From NCBI GenBank assembly GCA_051382335.1, contig JBBCAX010000063.1:1-22511 (forward strand): a stretch of 22,511 nucleotides of DNA. Direction: 5' to 3'. The DNA is from Deltaproteobacteria bacterium TL4 (lineage in GTDB: Bacteria > SAR324 > NAC60-12). The number at the start of each line of letters is the position of its first letter. The stretch's first letter is position 1. Positions 15,188-22,511 of the stretch are shown here, piece by piece. The notes beneath the pieces were generated by a model. That model was not told the DNA's origin, did no database searches, and saw nothing but the letters and a program-made list of their open reading frames with translations. Both the position numbers and the translations under genes were made by a program.

Positions 15188-16051
15188 ATGCGAATCATTG
15201 ATCTTTATCGGAAGCAACCTCTGGTTTTTTCAATCGAAATTTTTCCTCCCAAAACACCAGAAGGCATGAGTAAACTGAAAGAACGACTGCAACAGTTTGT
15301 CCCCTTTAGACCTGATTATATTTCTGTAACGTATGGAGCCGGAGGCAGCACACAGAATAACACTCATGAGATGGCCTCCTATATCAAAAATGAAATGAAC
15401 ATTGAGGCGATGGCTCATTTAACCTGTGTTTCTCATACCAGGACAGAAATTAACGCTGTGGTTGAAGCACTCAGCAAAGCGAATATTACCAATATCATGG
15501 CGCTGCGGGGAGATCCTCCCCAAGGGATGAAAACCTTTAGAGTCTCAGAAGGTGGTTTTAAGTACGCCAAGGAACTCATTCAAACTTTAGCGGTACGGCC
15601 TCAGTTTGGCATTGCTGCTGCGGGCTACCCTGAAGGCCATATTGAATCAGAGAGTCTTGAGAAAGACAGGGAATACCTGATGGGTAAAATTGAGGCAGGT
15701 GCGGAGTTCATCATCACTCAGTTTTTCCTGGACAATGACCTGTTTCTCCAGTGGCGCGAACAGTTGCGCAAAAAAAAGGTGAAGGTTCCTTTGGTGCCTG
15801 GAATTTTACCTGCCCTTTCGGCCGAACAAATCACACGTTTTGCGTCAATGAATGGTTGTCATGTCCCGTCAACACTAATTGAAACCTTACAAAAACATGA
15901 AAATGATTCCGACGCTATGCGTGATATTGGCTTAGAATTTGCGCAAAAACAGATTGAAGGCTTACGCAAAGAAGGCGTTGAGGGGATTCACCTTTATGCC
16001 TTAAACCGCTTGGAAAACGTACAGCGTCTGGCACCCATCATCACAGGATAA
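15188..16051 (+). CDS. metF: 5,10-methylenetetrahydrofolate reductase
   Basis: FSIEIFPPK, SVTYGAGG, AHLTC, ALRGDPP, AGYPEGH, ITQFF and GIHLYALN motifs. Start taken at MRIIDL (15188); 15161 is an alternative. Confidence 0.97.
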   Translation: MRIIDLYRKQPLVFSIEIFPPKTPEGMSKLKERLQQFVPFRPDYISVTYGAGGSTQNNTHEMASYIKNEMNIEAMAHLTCVSHTRTEINAVVEALSKANITNIMALRGDPPQGMKTFRVSEGGFKYAKELIQTLAVRPQFGIAAAGYPEGHIESESLEKDREYLMGKIEAGAEFIITQFFLDNDLFLQWREQLRKKKVKVPLVPGILPALSAEQITRFASMNGCHVPSTLIETLQKHENDSDAMRDIGLEFAQKQIEGLRKEGVEGIHLYALNRLENVQRLAPIITG

Positions 16052-16053
16052 CC

Positions 16054-16179
16054 AGTCGGTGTCGCCAAATAGGATTAGCAGGGTAGGTATGAGCTCTTTT
16101 AAAACCCTGTGATGTCAGTCTGTTTGTCTCACTAACACCTAACTGCTAAAGGCTAAAAGCCAATTAAGCGACAACGACT
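16054..16179. repeat. 126-bp MITE-like element with 20-bp imperfect terminal inverted repeats between metF and argB
   Basis: agtcggtgtcgccaaatagg matches the reverse complement of 16160-16179 (agtcgttgtcgcttaattgg) at 16/20. Degenerate CTAAnnn heptamers lie inside. Confidence 0.55.
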
Positions 16180-16197
16180 CACTCGAAGAAGAAACTT

Positions 16198-17055
16198 ATG
16201 CAGCACATGACCAGCGAAGCAAAAAAAGACCTACTGATTGAGGCACTTTCCTACATCCAGAAATTCCGTAACCAGATTATGGTGATTAAATACGGGGGTG
16301 CCGCCATGATTGAAGAAAGTTTGAAAACCAACTTTGCCCAGGATATTGTCCTTTTACAATCACTCGGATTGCTCCCTGTGATTGTGCATGGTGGCGGGCC
16401 TGAAGTCAGTCTGGCCATGGAAAGGCTGGGCGAAAAGGTCTCTTTTATTAACGGACTGCGCGTCACCAGTGCTGAAAATCTTAAAGTCGCTGAAATGGTT
16501 TTGTCAGGCACGGTCAACAAAGAAATCATTTCGCACCTGAATCGCTTTGGGGGAAAAGCCGTAGGTGTTAGTGGAAAAGATGGACACCTGATTGAAGCTC
16601 GTAAAAAGGAACATAAGGACGGCATCGACTTGGGGTATGTGGGAGAAATCAAACAAACGAACCCCGAACTGATCCGTGTTCTGCTCGACGCAGGCTTCTT
16701 ACCGGTTATTTCTCCAATTGGAATGGGAGAGAATGGAAATACCTATAATGTCAATGCGGATACTGTGGCGGCTTATATCGCCGCAGCCTTGAATGCCAGG
16801 AAAATCATTTTTATGACCGATGTGAATGGAATTTTGGCTGACGGGAAGTTACAATCACAGTTAAACGCGAGTGAAGTTGAAACGATGATTGAAAACGGGG
16901 TCATCACCGGAGGAATGCTCCCCAAGGCACAAGCCTTATTGCACGCAATCCGCAATGGTGTCAAATCGGCGCATATCATCAATGGCACAGATCCACACTC
17001 CGTCATTGCGGAACTCTTTACCGACAAGGGCACGGGAACCAAGGTCATGCTGTGA
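16198..17055 (+). CDS. argB: Acetylglutamate kinase
   Basis: VIKYGGAAM, VHGGGP, GLRVT, DLGYVG, PVISPIG, NVNAD, MTDVNG, GGMLPK and ELFTDKGTGT motifs. Start may be 16207. Confidence 0.98.
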   Translation: MQHMTSEAKKDLLIEALSYIQKFRNQIMVIKYGGAAMIEESLKTNFAQDIVLLQSLGLLPVIVHGGGPEVSLAMERLGEKVSFINGLRVTSAENLKVAEMVLSGTVNKEIISHLNRFGGKAVGVSGKDGHLIEARKKEHKDGIDLGYVGEIKQTNPELIRVLLDAGFLPVISPIGMGENGNTYNVNADTVAAYIAAALNARKIIFMTDVNGILADGKLQSQLNASEVETMIENGVITGGMLPKAQALLHAIRNGVKSAHIINGTDPHSVIAELFTDKGTGTKVML

Positions 17056-17060
17056 CCTTC

Positions 17061-18059
17061 TTACAAGGGATTGTCGCTTTGATTTTTATAAGCAATCTGC
17101 AATGAAGGTTTGGAGGGCAAGGGCATAATTTTTTCCCAACGTTCGCTTATGATTTTATAACCTTGCTCTTCTTTGACCACGTACAGATGCTTCTTTCCTG
17201 TGTCATTGATTCGGGATGAATGGAAATTTTGCTCGAATTGCACATGATAGAGATCTCCGGATTTCAGAACAGAAAAATATTTCAAAACGATTTGGCGGTT
17301 ATTGTTCAGTTGATTCACTTGATGCTTATACGCAACCCACCCCCTGTAACGAAATTTGGGAGTTTTAAAACGCTTTGAATAATACGACAGATAGTGCTCA
17401 ACATCATCCGATTCCCATGCAGCACGCCAGGTTTGAATCATCGTTAAAATGTTTTGCGCGACTTCTGAAACTTCGGCCTCAGACTGATAGTGGATTTTTT
17501 CTTGTACGATGATCGGTGTTTTCCCAATTTCAATATATTGAGAGATACGTAACAGATCCTGATTGCTGGTTGAAATGCATCCCCGAGTCGGGATAGGTTG
17601 CGCTTTATCCGTTCCATGCAGCCAAATACCATAGCCTTTCTTTTTGTAAAAAAAGCTGTCCACATAATTCGGATAGTTCAGTTCAAAGGCGCCAATCCCA
17701 TAGATTTCCGCACTCTTTCCATACTGCTCAAGAAGGGATTTGCTCGTCCAGACATTGGAAAACCAGTACACCCCTTGTGGCGTTCTTTCATCGCCTTCAT
17801 AAATTTTATCCCCTTCTTTCTTTCCACGAGTACAGGCGAATTGATCAATCTTGTGCCACTGCTGATCAAAACGATAAACATTCAAACTACATTCCGATTT
17901 ATCTACGATCAGCACCGTAGTATTCGGCTCATCATAGTAAATCAATGATTCGGGTCGTTGAGTTTCAGACCAAAGAATTGAAGGTGCGACGACCAATAAA
18001 CTTATGAGCAAAAAAAGCATCCGGATACTCATAGATTCAAACAAACTCCTCATTTTCAT
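17061..18059 (-). CDS. L,D-transpeptidase/carboxypeptidase (YkuD) with a C-terminal NTF2-like domain, Csd6/Pgp2-like
   Basis: Signal peptide, IVDKS, GDKIYEGDERTPQGVY, LNYPNYVD, catalytic GIWLHGT...TRGC, and WRAAWESDDVEHYLSYYS...KIISE. Confidence 0.9.
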   Translation of the reverse strand: MKMRSLFESMSIRMLFLLISLLVVAPSILWSETQRPESLIYYDEPNTTVLIVDKSECSLNVYRFDQQWHKIDQFACTRGKKEGDKIYEGDERTPQGVYWFSNVWTSKSLLEQYGKSAEIYGIGAFELNYPNYVDSFFYKKKGYGIWLHGTDKAQPIPTRGCISTSNQDLLRISQYIEIGKTPIIVQEKIHYQSEAEVSEVAQNILTMIQTWRAAWESDDVEHYLSYYSKRFKTPKFRYRGWVAYKHQVNQLNNNRQIVLKYFSVLKSGDLYHVQFEQNFHSSRINDTGKKHLYVVKEEQGYKIISERWEKIMPLPSKPSLQIAYKNQSDNPL

Positions 18060-18519
18060 AAAATTCTAGTCCATGATTGAAGATTACAAGCCAGAATCAA
18101 CTCCGATCATTAAAATCATTATCCATACTCCAAACACATTCCCCTTTAGGTATATAATCTCAATGCTGTCAAAACATGAAGCATCCTGCCACCCATCCTG
18201 ATAAGAAGCCAAAGAACGACACTCAGTCAGATCCATAATAAATATATCATGATAAGTCAAAATTACTAAGAATTTTGTCTCTGTTCTCAACACTAATAGC
18301 AAATACTTGCAGAAATCAAGCCTAGAATATCAACGCTATGAACTTTCTGGTTTGAGTCCTGTCCAACATGGATTGAGGCCTTAACTTACAGGTTTCGCAG
18401 AGCAGGATAATTGATTATGAAAAATAATCGACTTTTCAGTTAATTTTGCGTGGGGTACGCTTTGCGGAAGGTAATTCCCCTTTGCTGAATTTCTCATCAA
18501 CGCCAGAGGCTTGGTAGTC

Positions 18520-20145
18520 ATGTCTTTACTGAATTTGAATAAATTATCGAACAAATGGATTCTGGCGCTGGGAATGTTGTGCATTCCTGTCATCTTCCTG
18601 ATGGTTGCAGGCTTCTTTTGGCTCTATGAACAGAGTGTCCTCTCGGGATGGTTTATTCTTTCCGCTTTGATTGCGGCGGTCGTGTTGCCCTATATCAAAA
18701 CACTTCAATCCAACCGAATCTCACAACTTTCCACAGAAGTCATCCCTGATAAAACATGGACCGAAACAGGTGCCCGAGCGTGGAGAGAGGTTCAGAGACT
18801 TTCAGCAAAAGTTAAAAATGAGGAAGTCCACCTTGAAAGCCTTGAAAATATGTGGAAACTCCTTAAAGTCATTATGGAGCGAGTGGCTCAGGTTTTTCAT
18901 CCAAAATCGGACAACTCCATTATGGAAGTCCCCATCCCCTACCTCCTCAAAGTCGTGGAATTAGTGGCCATCGACCTAAGGGACGCTTTTTCACGGAATT
19001 TACCTGGAAGTCATATCCTTACCATCAATGATATCCTTCTGGGGAAACGGTTAGCGGCCTTGGGAAAAGAGCTTTATGACCTCTATCGAGTCCTTTCGTT
19101 TGGGATCAATCCGCCTTCTGCCCTGGCACGGGAATTTCGAGACTTTATCACAGGAAAAGTGATGAACACTTCCTCACATGAATTGAAAGCGTGGCTGATT
19201 CAATCCTATGTGGAAAAAATCGGATATTACGCCGTCGAGCTTTACAGTGGGCGTCTCGTTTTGGACGAAGTGGACTTCCAAAGGGTCACGAAGCAGACCA
19301 CGGAAACTAAAATTCAAAAAGCCCAAAAACGTGATGAATTTATTAAAGAAGAGCCCCTTCATATGCTCATCCTGGGGCAGGTTAACTCGGGAAAATCAAG
19401 TTTGATTAATGCCTTATTTGGAGAAATGAAAGCGCTCGTCGATGTGGTTCCACAAACCACAGGCATTGAAGCCTACCTTTTGGAACGGGAAGGCCTGGAA
19501 CGAGCCTTGGTTTTTGATACGGCAGGCTATCAAAGCGCGGAAACCCCGTTTGAACCGTTAGCCCTGGCAGAAAAGGAATTGCTCCACACGGATTTAATCA
19601 TCATAACGTGCGCCGCAAACTCCGCGGCAAGGAACGCTGATTTTCAAATGATTGAAGGCCTTAAAGGGTTCTACAAAAAGCATCAACGTCCCGCCCCTCC
19701 CCTGCTTGTTGCTTTAACTCACATTGATGCCTTACGTCCTTTAAAAGAATGGCAACCGCCTTACAATGTAGCGTCACCGGAACGCCCTAAAGAAAAAATG
19801 ATTCGAAACGCCATGGAAGCTGTCGCCTCTGATCTTAAACTCAAGATCACTCAGATCATTCCCATAAGCCTGCGGCCAAAGCAGGAATACAACATCAATG
19901 AGGGCCTGATTTCCTCAATTTTGAGTGTTTTTGATGAAACACAGCGTTTGAAGTATTTGCGATGCTTGACCAGTTACAAAGATAATCGATACTGGAAAAA
20001 TCTTTGGGAACAGAATGTAAACGTGGGAAAACTTGTCATTCAGGGAAGTTTACACGTGGCCAGTAAATTGGGCGAAAAACTGGATGAGCTAACCCAAAGA
20101 ATCAACGACAATCGTGAGCTAAAGAAAAAGGATGAGGAATCATGA
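18520..20145 (+). CDS. Membrane-anchored HSR1/Era-like GTPase domain protein
   Basis: Two N-terminal transmembrane segments. G1 GQVNSGKSS, G2 PQTT, G3 DTAG and a G4-like LTHID. ATG at 18520 is preferred over TTG 18511. Confidence 0.88.
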   Translation: MSLLNLNKLSNKWILALGMLCIPVIFLMVAGFFWLYEQSVLSGWFILSALIAAVVLPYIKTLQSNRISQLSTEVIPDKTWTETGARAWREVQRLSAKVKNEEVHLESLENMWKLLKVIMERVAQVFHPKSDNSIMEVPIPYLLKVVELVAIDLRDAFSRNLPGSHILTINDILLGKRLAALGKELYDLYRVLSFGINPPSALAREFRDFITGKVMNTSSHELKAWLIQSYVEKIGYYAVELYSGRLVLDEVDFQRVTKQTTETKIQKAQKRDEFIKEEPLHMLILGQVNSGKSSLINALFGEMKALVDVVPQTTGIEAYLLEREGLERALVFDTAGYQSAETPFEPLALAEKELLHTDLIIITCAANSAARNADFQMIEGLKGFYKKHQRPAPPLLVALTHIDALRPLKEWQPPYNVASPERPKEKMIRNAMEAVASDLKLKITQIIPISLRPKQEYNINEGLISSILSVFDETQRLKYLRCLTSYKDNRYWKNLWEQNVNVGKLVIQGSLHVASKLGEKLDELTQRINDNRELKKKDEES

Positions 20146-20255
20146 AAAAGAAAATTCGAAATATCGCTTATGGCGTTTCTGATTTTCAAAAGATTTCACC
20201 TGCACAGAAGGAAAACACATTACAAATCGTAAATCCGTTTTCAGCAAAGCGATGA
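20142..20255 (+). pseudogene. Stub of an AAA-ATPase_like (PF09820-type) gene; only about 18 N-terminal codons are retained
   Basis: GAGG RBS and ATGA overlap with the GTPase stop. MKKKIRNIAYGVSDFQKI resembles the family start (IPYGISDFxKI), followed by unrelated sequence and a stop at codon 38. Confidence 0.6.
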
Positions 20256-20318
20256 ATATTCAAGTAATAACACACTTGGGTCGATAAGACGCTAACCTAT
20301 TTGAGTTACTGAAAAATT

Positions 20319-20495
20319 ATGTCCTGGGATTGCCGATATAAGGCTGAAGAAGATCAATGCAGACGACGTAGAACCAAGTGTTATCCTGGTGGTAAATTAT
20401 GCGTCTTAAAAGGTAAATTCCAATTCCCCCTGCGTGAAGAACCTGATGAACTGGAGTTAAACGTCGTACCCAAAAGCACCTGTGAAACTGAATAG
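20319..20495 (+). CDS. 58-aa Cys-rich small protein, absent from the ORF track
   Basis: MSWDCRYKAEEDQCRRRRTKCYPGGKLCVLKGKFQFPLREEPDELELNVVPKSTCETE. A codon-aligned paralogous remnant at 9813-9875 supports coding status. No strong RBS. Confidence 0.7.
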   Translation: MSWDCRYKAEEDQCRRRRTKCYPGGKLCVLKGKFQFPLREEPDELELNVVPKSTCETE

Positions 20496-20659
20496 CAGAA
20501 TTTTAAATTAAACTTATAACCTAGGTTTTTGTTTTAACGTTCCTGACACCAATACCCCTGAGTAAAATCATGTTTGTATGTATGTTAAGTGGGTAGCTTA
20601 GACTTTTCTGAGATAGGACGCTTTACCCATTAAAATAACAAAATAAGATGTGTCCAAAG

Positions 20660-22009
20660 TTAAGCTCCTGGGAAGGGATTCGATTGAAGTTCATTAATAA
20701 TTGCAAGCAGTACGTTATCAAAACTATCGGAGAGGCCGATTTCCGCCAAGTCAAAACGATTTAAATTCGCGACAAAGCACTCTGTGGTGGAGGAGAGGCC
20801 CAGCAATTTGCTAAGGTCACAGGATAAACGGAGAAGTGTCGCGGGTAATAAGCTTTCTTTGTTCTGAGAATACGGAGACTTCAATGAGTGGGCCAAAGCC
20901 GCGATCATGGATTCGGGAAATTGCCAATGAGAGAGAATCAACTGTTCCAATCCCTCAACCTCATTAGTTGCCATCACGAGTGGAGAGGCCCCGGGTGAAT
21001 TCGCCTGAGCTTCAGTCCGTTCAAGAACCGTTTTTGGAGGAAGGAGCGCCTGAGCGATCTTGGCAACATCATGCAGCATCGCCGCGGTAAACAGCTCCTG
21101 GTCGAATTCATAATGGATACGACGCGCCAGATATTGGGCAATGACAGCACAGGTCCAACCATGTCGGTTGAGCCTCGAGGTCACAATTCCAAAATCATCC
21201 AGTTTTTTTTCAGTCTGTCGCCGAACACCGGCTATAACACAGATTCGCCTCAACTGCTTTGCGCCCAATAGTTCCAGGGCCGATGGAAGCGAACTGATTT
21301 CATGAGGACGTCCGTATTGCTTCGAATTACATAACCGGAGGACCTGCATGGTCAAAATCACGTCCTGAACGATAATTCCGAACACTTCATTCCAGGCGAT
21401 CGATTTTCTATGTACCGCTTCCAGGAGCGTTCCCGCGACTTGAGGGTCGGGTTGTAATTCGCTCATGTTCCGCAATAACGTTGCCTGAGAGCTTCTGGTT
21501 TCAATGCCGGAGTGATTATTCGTCTTGGGACGTTTCTCTGATATTTGAGAAATGGTGACCTTTCCATTTTTGACATTCAGTTCAATGCTGCGATTCTTTT
21601 TCCCTCTGACCTCTTTTTTATAAACAGGAATATTGGCTTGTGCCAGAAGTTTCGTGATTTCGTCCACATTTTGACTCCCAATATCGTCGTTCACTCCGTC
21701 TTTACTGTCAATGGATCTTGAGCCACCCACGAGCGTCGCCCGCAAGCTTTCCTTTCTGGCACCGGCCTTTAACATGGATTCCAATAACAAAGGAACCCCG
21801 GTATCCGCATAGTAGGATTGGGGATTATTATGACGGGGAGAATTTCGGCGGCCAGGCAGCACGACATGCAAAAGTCCAGCAATACGCGTTTGGGGATCAT
21901 AAAACGCCACCGCGACACAAGAAGCCGTACAGGTTGCCAGGATCTCATCCGGATTACTGGAGACATACAAGCCGCCCACCGGGATGATCACAGAGTGTTG
22001 CGAGTCCAT
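20660..22009 (-). CDS. CheD (chemoreceptor glutamine deamidase)-HDOD domain fusion protein (449 aa)
   Basis: CheD part: SCVAVAFYDP...GLLHVVLP...YADTGVPLL...LVGG...IGSQNV. HDOD part: QDVILTMQVLRLCNS...LLG...RHGW...AMLHDVAK...HWQFPESM. Confidence 0.9.
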   Translation of the reverse strand: MDSQHSVIIPVGGLYVSSNPDEILATCTASCVAVAFYDPQTRIAGLLHVVLPGRRNSPRHNNPQSYYADTGVPLLLESMLKAGARKESLRATLVGGSRSIDSKDGVNDDIGSQNVDEITKLLAQANIPVYKKEVRGKKNRSIELNVKNGKVTISQISEKRPKTNNHSGIETRSSQATLLRNMSELQPDPQVAGTLLEAVHRKSIAWNEVFGIIVQDVILTMQVLRLCNSKQYGRPHEISSLPSALELLGAKQLRRICVIAGVRRQTEKKLDDFGIVTSRLNRHGWTCAVIAQYLARRIHYEFDQELFTAAMLHDVAKIAQALLPPKTVLERTEAQANSPGASPLVMATNEVEGLEQLILSHWQFPESMIAALAHSLKSPYSQNKESLLPATLLRLSCDLSKLLGLSSTTECFVANLNRFDLAEIGLSDSFDNVLLAIINELQSNPFPGA

Positions 22010-22010
22010 C

Positions 22011-22397
22011 TCAGACAGCCCACTTCTTGAGAACCTTGATTAACTTCATGGGATCAATAGGTTTGGACAGGTAATCACTACACCCGATCTCAATACATTT
22101 TTCACGATCCCCGGCCATAGCTTTAGCGGTTAAGGCGACAATGGGAATAGGCTGAAGTTTAGGGTCCGCTTTAAACCTTTGGGTGAGTTCATATCCGCTT
22201 ATGCCAGGAAGCTGAATATCCATGAGCATCAGCTTAAAACTCATTTCTTTCGCCATTTGTAAGGCCTGTTCTCCATTATCCGCAATGAAGCATTGATACC
22301 CTGTCTCGTCGAGAATCGCTTTGATGGTATATTGATTGTCGAGATTATCTTCCACAAGTAAAATGGGGCACGTCATTGCTGAGGCAGGGCTGTTCAC
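22011..22397 (-). CDS. Single-domain response regulator (DivK/CheY-like receiver)
   Basis: ILLVEDN, phospho-acceptor in LMDIQLPGISG, VALTAKAM, GDREKC and YLSKPI. Start is GTG 22397 or ATG 22376. Confidence 0.93.
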   Translation of the reverse strand: MNSPASAMTCPILLVEDNLDNQYTIKAILDETGYQCFIADNGEQALQMAKEMSFKLMLMDIQLPGISGYELTQRFKADPKLQPIPIVALTAKAMAGDREKCIEIGCSDYLSKPIDPMKLIKVLKKWAV

Positions 22398-22399
22398 TT

Positions 22400-22510
22400 C
22401 TAATTGGCGTAATTTATGCCGATACCTTTATAATTTAAGATTCTTTCCATATCCAGCGCATTTTCAAATAGTTCTTTGCTAATATTTTTTACGTTATTCG
22501 CCCTCATAAT
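22400..22510 (-). CDS. 3' end of an upstream gene entering from the right edge, product unknown
   Basis: Open frame ...IMRANNVKNISKELFENALDMERILNYKGIGINYAN* ends 2 bp before the receiver GTG. Confidence 0.5.
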   Translation of the reverse strand: MMRANNVKNISKELFENALDMERILNYKGIGINYAN

Positions 22511-22511
22511 A

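Noticed and set aside
18084..18593. Short minus-strand ORFs 18084..18302 and 18381..18593
   Set aside because: No RBS or motif support. The region looks like a divergent promoter spacer.
20585..20597. TTAAGTGGGTAGC matching the reverse complement of 4195-4207 at 12/13, a possible IS end
   Set aside because: Too short, and no convincing partner end or target duplication was found.
1..22511. tRNA, rRNA, integrase or intact transposase genes
   Set aside because: None recognised on either strand.

Overview
Bacterial genomic window of moderate GC. Gene content and style suggest a deltaproteobacterium/SAR324-like organism, which is inference only. Housekeeping genes are gltB (no adjacent gltD), metF, argB and a Csd6/Pgp2-like L,D-peptidase. 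Accessory genes include three envelope proteins on the left (a Ser/Thr-rich putative lipoprotein, a PEGA+Sel1 protein, a DUF4384 lipoprotein), a membrane-anchored HSR1-like GTPase, a 58-aa Cys-rich ORF missing from the ORF track, a CheD-HDOD fusion and a DivK-like receiver. The best candidate for an undescribed system is a three-gene operon (14760->10036). It encodes a pilin with two tandem GspG-type domains, a paralogous 1127-aa pilin that lacks Glu5 and carries YfaP-like, FN3-like and beta/gamma-crystallin modules, and a small secreted protein; no assembly machinery is in the window. Intergenic DNA is dense with small elements, including a 123-bp MITE with a clean 8-bp target duplication inside a transposase remnant, REP hairpins nested in MITE-like shells, and an octamer VNTR. 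Domain names come from motif recognition, not database searches.
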